Shown here piece after piece: positions 28,527 through 38,974 of a DNA stretch of 64,000 bases. Numbering within the stretch: position 1 is the stretch's first letter; every line of letters starts with the position of its first letter. Where the stretch lies: assembly GCA_965223795.1 (NCBI GenBank), contig CBDCXL010000002.1, positions 64,001 through 128,000 on the forward strand, written 5' to 3'. The stretch is from Nitrospinales bacterium (lineage in GTDB: Bacteria > Nitrospinota > Nitrospinia > Nitrospinales > VA-1). Both the position numbers and the translations under genes were made by a program. Below the pieces are notes generated by a model. That model did no database searches and was not told the DNA's origin. It worked only from the letters and a program-made list of their open reading frames with translations.

Positions 28527-28754
28527 ATGATCAAGCTGGAAGGTGAAATCACGGAAATCAACTCTCCCCCCAACAAAGCCGACCAGTTCCGCGAGGTCAT
28601 CATCTGGCTGTCGCAGGCGGAAGAGCACGTGGAGTTCACGGTGACGCTGGAGGAGTTCAAGACCGCGGACTTCAAGACCGGGGACAAGGTTTCTCTTTCC
28701 ATCGAGAAAAAGCTGGACATCGATTCTCTCACCCGCGACCTGCTCAACATGTGA
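28527..28754 (+). CDS. Small hypothetical protein (75 aa)
   Basis: AAGGA RBS and host-like codon usage. Confidence 0.65.
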   Translation: MIKLEGEITEINSPPNKADQFREVIIWLSQAEEHVEFTVTLEEFKTADFKTGDKVSLSIEKKLDIDSLTRDLLNM

Positions 28755-28844
28755 CCGCGCGGCCCCCGTCTGCCTGACGCCAACCCAACATAAAAATACA
28801 TTGACGGATCGAGGCATTGCCGTTGCGTGACACCGTATCGGCCG

Positions 28845-30092
28845 CTAGCGTTTTTTTCGAATCGCGGGCGCGCGGCCGGCGGTGTCGAGTGCATTTTCGC
28901 GCTGGATTTTTTCAAGACGCTCGAGCGCCTGTTCGGCTTTTTCCGGTCTTCGGGTTTTGCGGTACAGGTTCGCGAGGTTGTTGAGCGATATCCGGATATT
29001 GGGGTGAGCGGGGTCGAGGGATTTTTCCCAGATTCCCAGGGCCTGCCGGTAGAGGTCCTCGGCTTTATCGTAGTCGCCCTTCACGTCGAACAGCCCCGCC
29101 AGGTTGTTGAGCGCGGTGGCCACGGCCGGGTGCCGGGCTCCCAGCGAGGACTGCTTGATCTTGAGCGAATGCTTGAGGATGGGTTCCGCCTGGGCGTAGT
29201 AGCCGCGCTTGCGGTACAGCTCTCCCAGGTTGTTGAGCGTGGCGGCCATGCGGGGATGTTCGTTTCCCAGAGACTGCCGCTGGATGCGGATCGCCCGCAG
29301 ATACATGAGTTCCGCCTTGGTGTCGTCCTGCATCTTCACGTACAGCCGGGCCAGCTGGTTGAGGGACGCCGCCACGTCGGCATGGTTCTCTCCGTGATGG
29401 TCTTCGCGAATCCGCAGCGCTTTGAGGTAAAGCCGCTCGGCCTTAACCTGATCGCCCATTTGGGCATGATACGCCGCGAGCTGGTCGAGCGCGCCGGCCA
29501 GTTCCAGCGAACCCGCCCCCTGCTGCTCTTCGAAGATCGCCTGGGACCGCGCGAGCAGCGGCTCGACCTGCTTGTATTGCTCAAGCCGCATGTGGAGCCG
29601 CGCCAGATCATTGAGACCGCGGGCGACATTGAGGTGATCCGGCCCGAGTGTCTGCTCCCAGATTTTCAGCGATTGCTTGTAGAAGGTTTCGGCGCGCCTC
29701 AGCTGGCCGGTGGTGCGGTAAAAATCCCCCAGACGGTTCAGCGAGCCGGCGGTCAGGGCGTGTTTCTTTCCCAGGTGCTTTTCACGGATTCTCAGGCCCT
29801 TGACCAGAAGCCCCTCGGCCTTGGGATAGTGGCCGGCGCTAATGAAAAGATCGGCCAGCGTGTTCATGGCCTCCACGGTTTCGGGGCTGCCGTCGCCGAA
29901 GGCTTTTTTGCGGTCGCGCACCCTAAGCTCGGCCAGCGGGATGGCCTTCAGGTATTTGCCCTGGCCGGACAGGACGGCGATCTGTTTTGCGAGCAGGTCC
30001 CGCTCCTGTCCCCAGGCCGGGGCGCACACACACCCCAGCAGCACAGGCACGATGAGCGAACGTACCCAGAAGCCCGGTCGTGTCTTCAGCAT
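28845..30092 (-). CDS. Secreted TPR protein (42-aa kinesin-light-chain-type repeats)
   Basis: Repeated HP.VA.SLNNLA.LY...G.Y.KAE.LY.RAL.I units. Confidence 0.9.
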   Translation of the reverse strand: MLKTRPGFWVRSLIVPVLLGCVCAPAWGQERDLLAKQIAVLSGQGKYLKAIPLAELRVRDRKKAFGDGSPETVEAMNTLADLFISAGHYPKAEGLLVKGLRIREKHLGKKHALTAGSLNRLGDFYRTTGQLRRAETFYKQSLKIWEQTLGPDHLNVARGLNDLARLHMRLEQYKQVEPLLARSQAIFEEQQGAGSLELAGALDQLAAYHAQMGDQVKAERLYLKALRIREDHHGENHADVAASLNQLARLYVKMQDDTKAELMYLRAIRIQRQSLGNEHPRMAATLNNLGELYRKRGYYAQAEPILKHSLKIKQSSLGARHPAVATALNNLAGLFDVKGDYDKAEDLYRQALGIWEKSLDPAHPNIRISLNNLANLYRKTRRPEKAEQALERLEKIQRENALDTAGRAPAIRKKR

Positions 30093-30452
30093 GACTCCTC
30101 CCCCGTTGTTTCGTTGTTTTTATAAAACCGGCCCGCTCCGCGTTCGGCACCCGCCCGCGGCGCAATCGGGCCTTTCGTCTCCTCTTATCTGATCGGCCAA
30201 AAAGCCGTAAAGTTCACCTTCATTTTCCGGGCAACGTCCAGGAAACCCGTTTCCCCGCCACGGGCTCCCCTCCCCGGCTCTCGCGCCCGGCTCCGGCTGA
30301 CAATCTTTTGTCGCGGAGTGACGCGAATCGTCAAAATTCAACCACTTGAAATCGCCATGCCGGATTTCAGGCGCCGCCGCGCTAAACCGGAAACCCCTTA
30401 TTTCACAGGCACTTCCCTCACTCTCGCGGTAAAACCTGCTTTTTCAACGATT

Positions 30453-30469
30453 TGGGCACACTCTTTGCA
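30453..30469 (+). promoter_or_regulatory. Candidate sigma54 promoter
   Basis: TGGGCACACTCTTTGCA: GG-N10-GC spacing matching -24/-12. Confidence 0.55.
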
Positions 30470-30618
30470 GTTACAATGAGCATCAACCGAACATTCGAAC
30501 AGACAATTGGACCGATGCAGGATGGGTCTTAGGGGGATGGGAAGGGGCGCTGCGCCCTAAACGCCTCCCGCGGAGGCACCGCTCCGCCCGGCCCTCTCCA
30601 GCAACCCAGGAGGCCGCG

Positions 30619-30819
30619 ATGGATTTCATGAATTCTCTGGTTCTCACCTACGCTTTCATCCTGTTCGCCTTCGGCCTCGCTTTCATCTACCAGGCGCTGG
30701 CGAACTGGCTGCGCGAAAAACTGAAAGCGGAGACCCGGCCGCCGCTCGCTCCGGCTTCTGCAACGAAAACCTACCGGCTGATCCGTATCGCGGACGAAAC
30801 AAAGCGGCGGGCTTCCTGA
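30619..30819 (+). CDS. Small membrane protein (66 aa)
   Basis: AGGAGG RBS, one TM helix, downstream of the sigma54-like site. Confidence 0.6.
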   Translation: MDFMNSLVLTYAFILFAFGLAFIYQALANWLREKLKAETRPPLAPASATKTYRLIRIADETKRRAS

Positions 30820-31212
30820 CGGTCCCCCGGCTTTTTCCTGCTGCATTCGTTCAGCGTTCTTGAGAATTCAAGATTTATCCTTTTTCCCTCCTTTTTCTCC
30901 TGCCCGCGTACCGTTCAACTTACTACAAAAAATTGTACGCGCTCACTCAATTTCACCGGCTCTCGAAAGCCCTTTAATCGTCGGCGCTTCACGCTTCGCT
31001 GCGCAGCGGTGCGGAATGCGCTCCGCGTTTTCGGGTTCGCAAAGCACGCCGCGGGACTGCCTTTCACCATGCAGGCGCGGGGCGGCTGCGCCCGGCAACC
31101 CCCGGCGGCTGGCCTTGAGCGGCCGCGCGCCCGATGCGCGGATCGAATAAGAGGATGATTTTGCCAGCGGACTTCAGTATGATGCGGACTACGCAACCTG
31201 GGACGATGAATC

Positions 31213-31737
31213 ATGGACAACTGGTACATGCTCACGCTGGTGGGACGGGATCAACCGGGCATCGTGGCCCGTCTGAGCACCGCATTGTGCAAGGGCGGCT
31301 GCAACCTGGGCGAATCGTCGATGGCCCGGCTGGGCGATAATTTTTCCATCATGCTGATGGCCCAGTTCGGCGGCAACGCCGACGCACTCAGAGAGATCGT
31401 CACGCCGGTGGCCGGGGAGCTGAAGCTGCACCACCACGTGGATGAAGTCGAAGGCGGGCACCACCACGCGATCCAGCCCAACGTGCGCATCAGCGTTTAC
31501 GGCTCCGACCGGCCGGGCATCATGGAAGCGGTGACCGGCGCGCTGGCGGAAGCGGGGCTCAACATCCTGAACCTGGATTCCAACATCGGCGTCGAAAACC
31601 AGACCTCCACCTATTACATCCACATCGAAGGGGTGGTGTCCGGCGGTGTGGAGCCGTTGTACGGCGTGCTGGACAAGCTGTCCGAGGAAAAAAACCTGCA
31701 GACGCAGCTGGTTCCCGTGGACACGCTGCTGGGCTGA
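31213..31737 (+). CDS. Tandem ACT-domain protein (GcvR-like)
   Basis: GRDQPGIVA and GSDRPGIM ACT motifs. Confidence 0.85.
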   Translation: MDNWYMLTLVGRDQPGIVARLSTALCKGGCNLGESSMARLGDNFSIMLMAQFGGNADALREIVTPVAGELKLHHHVDEVEGGHHHAIQPNVRISVYGSDRPGIMEAVTGALAEAGLNILNLDSNIGVENQTSTYYIHIEGVVSGGVEPLYGVLDKLSEEKNLQTQLVPVDTLLG

Positions 31738-31952
31738 GCCCGAACAGCCCCTTCCCTCATTCCCAATCCTCCGGGTAAGAAAAATCCCTATCTTTTCAAT
31801 AAATTATCAACATTTTACTGAATTTATGATAAATTATTGAAATTGAGAGTGTTTTTAACTCCTTCTGATGTTTTTTGCCCGCACCCTCTGAAATTTCTGA
31901 AGGCAATCCTGCCATGAACCGATCGCGACCGATCACGCCGAATTGAACCTCC

Positions 31953-33509
31953 ATGATGAAACGAAATCCGTACAAACCGTTTTGGGCTGTCTCTTTCGTT
32001 CTGTTGCTGGGGTCGGGGTGCTCCCACCTGCCGCCGCACCTGCAATGGCCCTTCAACAGCGATAAGGACTCCCAGGAACCGGTCACCCAGAAAGAAGAAA
32101 CCAGCAACAACTTCGCCTACCTGGAACCGCATTCGGGTCCGGGGTTCGACGATGTGGAACCCTGGGACAGCTCAGTGCAGGTGGAGGAAGCGCCTGTCGC
32201 GGAAACGCCCGACATCGACGACAGCGAGATCGCGGCGGGCCCCGTTGAAGAAGAACCGGAAACGCTGGCGGAACCCGTCCCTGAAGAGGGACCGGAAATT
32301 CAGGAAGCGCGGCTGAATCACAATGTCGCGATGGAGCACATTTTCGCCGATAAGTACGACAAAGCCCTCGAACCGCTGGAGCGGGCGCTCAAACTGGATC
32401 CGGACGACCCGCGTTTCCACTACAGCTACGGGCTGGTCTACCAGAAGCTGGGCAGGCATCAGGAGGCGGCGCGGGAATTTGAGGCCTCGACCGCGCGCGA
32501 CCCCGAGTTCTGGCAGGCGCACAACCGGCTGGGAGCGGTGTACGCCAAACTGGGCAAGCCCGATGAGGCGATCCGGCACCTGGAGCGCGGAATTTCGATC
32601 CATCCGGATTTTGCGGACGCGCATTATCAGCTCGGGGCGCTGTACGAAAAGAAACAGAAATATGCAACCAGCGTGTCGCACTACGAAAAAGCGGCGGCGC
32701 TCGATCCGCAAAATCAGTTGTACTTTTATGAAATCGGGCAAAACTACCTCAAGCTGAACAAAAAGAAAAAAGCCATCGCCGCCTTCGCGCAGACCGCCCG
32801 CATCCATCCGGATTACCGGGACGTGAACTATCAACTGGGCAAACTGCACGCGGAAGAAAAGGATCACGACAAGGCGGTGCAATACCTCTCCAAGGCGGTG
32901 AAGCAGAACCCGAAGGAAGAGGAGGCGTATTTTCTGCTGCACAACGCCTACTGGGAGAAAAAGCAGTTCGATGAATCCATCGACACGCTCAAGCAGCTGA
33001 TCAAGAAGAACCCCAAGCTGGAACAGCCTTATTACGCGCTGGGTCAGGCTTACCTCATTCTGAAGCGCAACAACGATGCCATCGAGCCGTTCCGCAAGCT
33101 CATCAAACTCAACCCGGACAGCTTCGAAGCGCACAACAGCCTGGGCTCGATCTTCGAGAAATCCAAATCCCCGAAGCTGGCGATGGTGCACTTCAAGGAA
33201 GCGGTGCGGATCAACCCGAAGAACCCGCTGGCCCATTTCAACCTCGGCCTGTCTTACGTGGACCTGAACAAGAGCAGGGAAGCGATGGAGCATTTCAAGG
33301 CGGTCACGAAACTGGACCCGGAATTCGCGCAGGCGCACTGGAGCCTGGCGCTGCTTTACGACAACATCGGCGACGGCGGCAACGCGATCTTCCACTCGAA
33401 GCGGGCGGAGAACCTGTTCAAGGAAAAATACGAGATTAAAAAGTCGAAAACCGCGGCGAAGTTTTCCGATTCCCTGATCAAAAAATACAAAAAAAGAGCG
33501 AAAAAATGA
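31953..33509 (+). CDS. TPR-repeat lipoprotein
   Basis: Lipobox-like GSGC, acidic linker, about 11 TPR repeats. Confidence 0.85.
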   Translation: MMKRNPYKPFWAVSFVLLLGSGCSHLPPHLQWPFNSDKDSQEPVTQKEETSNNFAYLEPHSGPGFDDVEPWDSSVQVEEAPVAETPDIDDSEIAAGPVEEEPETLAEPVPEEGPEIQEARLNHNVAMEHIFADKYDKALEPLERALKLDPDDPRFHYSYGLVYQKLGRHQEAAREFEASTARDPEFWQAHNRLGAVYAKLGKPDEAIRHLERGISIHPDFADAHYQLGALYEKKQKYATSVSHYEKAAALDPQNQLYFYEIGQNYLKLNKKKKAIAAFAQTARIHPDYRDVNYQLGKLHAEEKDHDKAVQYLSKAVKQNPKEEEAYFLLHNAYWEKKQFDESIDTLKQLIKKNPKLEQPYYALGQAYLILKRNNDAIEPFRKLIKLNPDSFEAHNSLGSIFEKSKSPKLAMVHFKEAVRINPKNPLAHFNLGLSYVDLNKSREAMEHFKAVTKLDPEFAQAHWSLALLYDNIGDGGNAIFHSKRAENLFKEKYEIKKSKTAAKFSDSLIKKYKKRAKK

Positions 33510-33567
33510 CGGTTCGCGGCCTTCACGCTTTTGCACCGGACGCGGCGCCCGCCGCACCCCAGGTTTC

Positions 33568-34599
33568 GTGACCGGCCTCAAACAACTGGGCGAGACGGGC
33601 CTGATCGAGCGGCTGCGTTCACGCCTGTCTTCCGGCACCGGACGCCTGACGCTGGGGATCGGCGACGACTGCGCCGCCTACGCCGCCAAACCTGGAAACC
33701 TGCAGCTCATCTCCACAGACGCTCTGATCGAGAACGTTCATTTTGATCTTAAGCACGCGCCGCCGCACGCGCTGGGACGCAAATCCATCGCCGTCAATGT
33801 GAGCGACATCGCGGCGATGGGCGGGACGCCGGTGCTGGCGGTGATTTCCCTGGGCATCCCGAAGACGCTTTCGGTCTCTTTTCTCGACGCTCTGTATCAA
33901 GGAATCGATTCCTCTCTTAAAGAACACGGCCTGGATCTGGCGGGCGGGGACACGGTGGCCTCGCCGAAACACCTGTTCATCAATGTGACGATCGTGGGCG
34001 AGGTCCGCAAAAACCGCATGGTCCCGCGGGACGGAGCGAAGCCCGGAGACGCGGTGTGGGTGACGGGGTATCCGGGGGAGTCCGCCCTGGGGCTCAAAAT
34101 CCTGCAGTCGAAGCGGAAAAAGTGGCTGGGCCTGAAAAAGCACCGCGAGCGGATGATCCAGGCGCATCTCGATCCCACGCCCCGGCTCGCGGAAACGCAG
34201 AAGCTGCTGAAGTCCGGCGTGCGCCCCACGGCCATGATGGATGTCAGCGACGGGCTGGCGCAGGACCTCCACCGGATCTGCGACGCCTCCGGTGCGGGGG
34301 CGCTCATCCGTGAGCCGGATCTGCCGCAATCCGCCGCCATGCAGGCGGTGTGCGCGAAAAACCGCTTGAATATCCGGGAGTTGATTTTGTCCGGCGGGGA
34401 GGACTATGAAATCCTGTTTACAACCAGGACGCAAGATGTTAGAAGAGTAAAGAGGCAGTTTCACAACGCCTTAACGCCTGTAACACTCATTGGGGAAGTG
34501 ACTTCCCGGTCTGGAAACGTCCTTCTCGAAAGCGGCCGCGCAGAGCAGACACTCCTTCGCAGGTCGATGGGATTTCAGCATTTTCAACCCGGCAAATGA
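33568..34599 (+). CDS. thiL: Thiamine-monophosphate kinase
   Basis: GIGDDCA, NVSDIAAMGG, GGDT, DVSDGLAQDL, GGEDYE. Confidence 0.95.
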   Translation: MTGLKQLGETGLIERLRSRLSSGTGRLTLGIGDDCAAYAAKPGNLQLISTDALIENVHFDLKHAPPHALGRKSIAVNVSDIAAMGGTPVLAVISLGIPKTLSVSFLDALYQGIDSSLKEHGLDLAGGDTVASPKHLFINVTIVGEVRKNRMVPRDGAKPGDAVWVTGYPGESALGLKILQSKRKKWLGLKKHRERMIQAHLDPTPRLAETQKLLKSGVRPTAMMDVSDGLAQDLHRICDASGAGALIREPDLPQSAAMQAVCAKNRLNIRELILSGGEDYEILFTTRTQDVRRVKRQFHNALTPVTLIGEVTSRSGNVLLESGRAEQTLLRRSMGFQHFQPGK

Positions 34600-34670
34600 A
34601 CCGGGGAATCCCGATGACCGGACTGCCGGATTGATTCGCCGGAGGAGGCGGCCATACAGGCACAGGCAAT

Positions 34671-36011
34671 TTGGGGGGTTTGTTAAAAACCTTGGACGAA
34701 TCGATATTACCCCGTGCTTTGACACTGGCGGTGTTGCTCCTCTTTTCGGGTTTTTTTTCCGCGTGTGAAGCCGCTTTCTTCTCCCTGAATCCGTTGCAGC
34801 TGACGGAAATGAAGGACAACAGGGGCCGTCTGGGCCGCCTGGTCTACTCCCTCCTGGAAAAACCGCGGGAACTCCTCATCACCATCTACATCGGCAACGA
34901 GCTGGTCAACATCGCGATTTCTGTCATCACCACCTCGATCGCCATCAAGATTTTCGGCAATGCCGGCGTGGGGATCGCCATCGGCGTCGGCACGTTCCTG
35001 CTGCTCATTTTCGGGGAGATCGTCCCCAAATCCATGTCGCTCAAAGTGGCGCAGGCGTTCGCCCTCGCCGCCGCCTTCCCGCTCAAGCTGTTTTCCCAGC
35101 TGGTGCAGCCGCCGCAGAAATTCCTGACCAAGCTCGCTGAGGGATTCATCCGCTATCTCGGTTTCGGCGGCGCGCCGCAGCAGGAGCCGGCTATCACCGA
35201 CGCGGAGTTCCGCGCCATGGTGCAGATCGGCGTCGGCGAAGGCGTGATCGACGACGACGAGAAGGAGATGATCCACAACGTCATCAATTTCGGGGAAACC
35301 ACGGTCGGCGAGATCATGACCCCCAAAAACGACATGGTGACGGTCAGCATCGACGACAGCCTGGACGACATCCTTCCCTTGATCGCGGAAAATTTCTACT
35401 CGCGCGTCCCGGTGTACGATGAAACGCAGGAAAACATCATCGGCATCCTGCTCACCAAGCGGCTCAACCGGCTCAAGCACCTGCCCAGGGAAAACGTCAA
35501 CCTGAAAAGCATCATCCTCCCTCCCCTTTCGGTGCCGGAATCCAAGAAGATCAAGGAGCTTCTTGAGGAATTCAAAAAGCAGAAGCGTCACATCGCCATC
35601 GTGCTCGATGAATACGGCAGCGTGGCGGGGCTGGTGACGCTGGAGGACATCCTCGAAGAGCTGGTGGGCGAGATCGACAGCGAAATGCGGGTGGACCAGG
35701 AGGATGTGGCAAAAATCACCGAAGACAATTACCGGGTGCACGGGTCGTTCAGCATTTATGACTTCAACGAATACTTCAACGCCGACCTGCCGGTGGACCA
35801 GTACAACACTGTGGGCGGGATGGTGTTCCACCTGTTCGGCCGGGTTCCCCGGTCCGGGGAAACGGTGACGCACGGCAACTTCAAGTTCCGGGTCGAAAAA
35901 ATGAAAGGTCCGCGCATCCTGAGAGTGCACCTGACGGTTCTGCGTGCGGGAGCAAAAGAAAAAGAAGAAGAAAACGGCGCCGAACTGGCGAAAAAACCGG
36001 CAAACGGCTGA
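34671..36011 (+). CDS. CNNM/hemolysin-family protein (DUF21-CBS-CorC)
   Basis: FFSACEAAF, FGEIVPK, YSRVPVY, VLDEYG, TLEDILEELVGEI. Start may be TTG 34692. Confidence 0.9.
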   Translation: MGGLLKTLDESILPRALTLAVLLLFSGFFSACEAAFFSLNPLQLTEMKDNRGRLGRLVYSLLEKPRELLITIYIGNELVNIAISVITTSIAIKIFGNAGVGIAIGVGTFLLLIFGEIVPKSMSLKVAQAFALAAAFPLKLFSQLVQPPQKFLTKLAEGFIRYLGFGGAPQQEPAITDAEFRAMVQIGVGEGVIDDDEKEMIHNVINFGETTVGEIMTPKNDMVTVSIDDSLDDILPLIAENFYSRVPVYDETQENIIGILLTKRLNRLKHLPRENVNLKSIILPPLSVPESKKIKELLEEFKKQKRHIAIVLDEYGSVAGLVTLEDILEELVGEIDSEMRVDQEDVAKITEDNYRVHGSFSIYDFNEYFNADLPVDQYNTVGGMVFHLFGRVPRSGETVTHGNFKFRVEKMKGPRILRVHLTVLRAGAKEKEEENGAELAKKPANG

Positions 36012-37264
36012 TGGATCTGACAACCACATTGATTCTGGTGACGCTGTTTCTGTTCATGGAGGCGTTTTTCTCCGGATCGGAAATCGGCATGATCGCCGTC
36101 AACCGCATCAAGATGCAGCAGAAAGCCGACGAGGGCGATCTTTCCGCCTCGGTGGTGCTCAATCTTCTGAGCACCCCGGAAAGGCTGTTCGCCACCACGT
36201 CGCTGGGCACCAACGTCGCGATGGTATCCAGCTCGGCGGTGTTCACGGCCTACATGGTGTCGCGCTTCGGCGAGTCGGGCGAATGGCTGGCGATGCTGGC
36301 GCTCACGCCGCTGGTGCTGTTTCTGGGTGAGATCGTGCCGAAGATGATCATCCAGAACCGCGCCGACCCGATCATGCTGGTTCTGGTCACGCCGCTGAAC
36401 TGGTTCTGCAACGTGTTCTCGCCCATCATCGGCCTGTTCACCCGGGCGTCGCGGCTGGTCACCGAAAACATCCTGAGCCCGGAGGAATCGAACGGACAGA
36501 CCACCAGCCGCGATCAGATCCGTCAGGTCATGAGCATCGATTCGCAGACGGTGCAGCTGGGCTCGGTGGAGCGCCGGATGATCCACAAGATCTTCAATTT
36601 CGGCGAGATCAATGTGGAGCAGTGCATGGTGCCGCTGGTGCAGATGACGGCCATCCTCGACACGGCGACGCTGGAGGAAGCGCACCAGGTGGCGAACGAT
36701 TCCGGGTTTTCCCGGCTTCCCGTGTTTCACGAGCGGATGCACAACATCATCGGCGTCCTCAATGCGTTCGACCTGATCGATCAGCCGGTGGACGACACGC
36801 CCGTCACCGGCCTCATCCGTCCGGCGTACTACGTGCCGCCCAACAAGAAGATCGACGACCTGCTCAAGGAGCTGCAGCAGCGCGGACTGCACATGGCGGT
36901 GGTAGTGGATGAATACGGCGGCTGCACGGGCATCGTGACCATCGAGGATCTGCTGGAGAAGATCGTCGGTGAGATCGAGGACGAATACGACAAGATAGAA
37001 AAGCAATACGAAAACTACGCCGACGGCGGCTACCTGATCGAGGCGGACATGGAAGTGGGCGTCATCAACGAAACGCTCAACCTCAATCTGCCCTCCGGCG
37101 ATTACGAAACGCTGGCGGGGCTCGTCATCCATCACCTGGAAAAGGTCCCCAACCCCGGTGAGCAGCTGGAGGTGAACGGTTACCGGCTGACCATCAAGGA
37201 AGCCAGCAAGCGCAAAGTGCAGTCGATCATCGTGCGCAAGCTCGAACCGGAATCCTCCGGCTGA
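36011..37264 (+). CDS. Second CNNM/hemolysin-family protein (DUF21-CBS-CorC)
   Basis: [40 protein letters not shown]; translationally coupled to the upstream gene. Confidence 0.9.
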   Translation: MDLTTTLILVTLFLFMEAFFSGSEIGMIAVNRIKMQQKADEGDLSASVVLNLLSTPERLFATTSLGTNVAMVSSSAVFTAYMVSRFGESGEWLAMLALTPLVLFLGEIVPKMIIQNRADPIMLVLVTPLNWFCNVFSPIIGLFTRASRLVTENILSPEESNGQTTSRDQIRQVMSIDSQTVQLGSVERRMIHKIFNFGEINVEQCMVPLVQMTAILDTATLEEAHQVANDSGFSRLPVFHERMHNIIGVLNAFDLIDQPVDDTPVTGLIRPAYYVPPNKKIDDLLKELQQRGLHMAVVVDEYGGCTGIVTIEDLLEKIVGEIEDEYDKIEKQYENYADGGYLIEADMEVGVINETLNLNLPSGDYETLAGLVIHHLEKVPNPGEQLEVNGYRLTIKEASKRKVQSIIVRKLEPESSG

Positions 37265-37291
37265 ACGGTCCCACCGCATGCCGCCGCGGCG

Positions 37292-38014
37292 TCAGAACCC
37301 GAGTTTTCTTTCCAGCTCTTCGTAGGCGGCCTGAATCTCAAGAAATTTCAAATGCGCGCCCTCGCCTTCTTCCCGTCCCAGATGCGCGAACCGGTCGGGA
37401 TGCAGTTCGGAGGCTTTCTGCCTGTAGGCCTTTTTGATCTCCTCGGAGCCTGCGGAATAGTCCACACCGAGGATGCGGTAAGGGTTTTTAAGCGTGCTGA
37501 GGGAATACTTGAGGCGGATGCGGTCGTGCTCCGGGTACGAAACGTCCAGGTGGTCGGCCAGCTGGTTGATGAGTTCCTGAGTGGTTTCGGTCAGGGCGTT
37601 TTCGATGAGCGCCATCTTGTACGACAATGCCAGCACGAGCAGGTTGTAATTATTTTGAGTGGCTTTGCGGTACTGGACGGCGAAGGGTTTGAGGTCGGGA
37701 TCGAGCTTCTCGGTTTCGGCGATGACCTGATCGACAAAGCCCAGGTCTTTCGTCTCGTATTCGAGGTTTTTGATAAAAAAACGGTGGATGGCGCGGCGTT
37801 CGTTCTGCGTCAGCGGCCCGTCGCGCATTCCCACTTTGGCGAGGATCACCACAAGACACGTCACGAACAGACCTTTGTCGCTGACGCCGGGCAGTCCCCG
37901 GCCGATTTTTTTCAGGGCCTTTTTGGTGATGATGTGCTGCAGGGTTCCCCCGACGACGGCTCCGAGCGGGCCGCCGCGAAGAAAACCCATGCCGGCGCCC
38001 AGCAGCCAGGACAT
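37292..38014 (-). CDS. DjlA-like co-chaperone (TerB-like plus C-terminal J domain)
   Basis: N-terminal GGPLGAVVG; J-domain NPYRILGV...KKAYR...HPD. Confidence 0.8.
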   Translation of the reverse strand: MSWLLGAGMGFLRGGPLGAVVGGTLQHIITKKALKKIGRGLPGVSDKGLFVTCLVVILAKVGMRDGPLTQNERRAIHRFFIKNLEYETKDLGFVDQVIAETEKLDPDLKPFAVQYRKATQNNYNLLVLALSYKMALIENALTETTQELINQLADHLDVSYPEHDRIRLKYSLSTLKNPYRILGVDYSAGSEEIKKAYRQKASELHPDRFAHLGREEGEGAHLKFLEIQAAYEELERKLGF

Positions 38015-38227
38015 GGCATTTCCTCCCGATGTCAATCGCTCTCGGTAAACGCTTCATGATAGCACCGGGGGCCCCGGGGGACAAGGACAGCGGGGCCGGA
38101 AGAGCTTGTTCTGAAAAGCCGATTGTAGTATGGTTTGTCCGATTTCGGCCGGCGGACGCACCGTCTTGGAGTTTTGCGGGCTGGAAAAACCAGGGGCCGG
38201 ATCCGGTCCCATTCGAGGGAGAGGGAA

Positions 38228-38518
38228 ATGGTCAAGCACATTGTGATGTTCAAACTGGCGGATAAAAATCAGGACAATCTGGATACGGTGGTGAACGCGC
38301 TGCGCGGCATGGAAGGGAACATCGAGACCCTGCGCTTCATCGAGGTGGGCGTGGATTATTCGGGTTCCGAGCGCAGCTACGATGTGGTGCTGACCACGCA
38401 TTTCGATGACCGGCGGGGACTGGAAACCTATGTGACGCACGAAAACCACGTGCCGGTCGCCAAGACCATGCGCTCCCTCTGCTCGCATTCGGTGGTCGTG
38501 GATTATGAACAGGATTGA
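38228..38518 (+). CDS. Dabb-family stress-responsive alpha/beta barrel protein
   Basis: MVKHIVMFK...YDVVL...Y..H..H...VVDY. Confidence 0.88.
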   Translation: MVKHIVMFKLADKNQDNLDTVVNALRGMEGNIETLRFIEVGVDYSGSERSYDVVLTTHFDDRRGLETYVTHENHVPVAKTMRSLCSHSVVVDYEQD

Positions 38519-38974
38519 ACGCCGGACCGGACGAACCATCCCGCCGGCCGCGTGATACAGTGGCGGATTTATCGTTCAAGCGAATCCGGACGAAATAAAT
38601 TCTTGTGCTTTCAAAATTTGGGTGATAGTATTCCTTCTTAAAATTTGTAAAATTTACACTTAATGTTACTTAATAAGCGGAGGAGCCACAGAATCAGCAT
38701 TTAAAAACGGATGCCTGTTCGCAGCATCGCTCATTTTCCGCCGCTTTCGCCGAAGACGAAACGATTTTTCAGCTTCTGATTGCGGGGATGGAACCCCGGT
38801 TTTCCACTGTACGCACCGCATTCGGAAATCGCCACTCTGCCGATAGTCGAAAAAGGGGTAATTTCACGGTATCAACCCGTTCTCCCCGATTTTCTTCCTG
38901 AACGGCGCACGCAGCTTCCGCCCGTTTTTTTCTAACACCGGTTTATCCCAAAACTAAAAAAGGAGGTTTTGGGG

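Noticed and set aside
28845..33509. Periodic DNA similarity suggesting repeat arrays
   Set aside because: Explained by TPR protein repeats. The FG-GAP repeats at 49.2-50.2 kb and Lys/Ala codons at 39.0-39.3 kb are likewise coding.
34671..37264. Tandem CNNM/hemolysin genes as a novelty
   Set aside because: Paired DUF21-CBS-CorC genes are a common arrangement.
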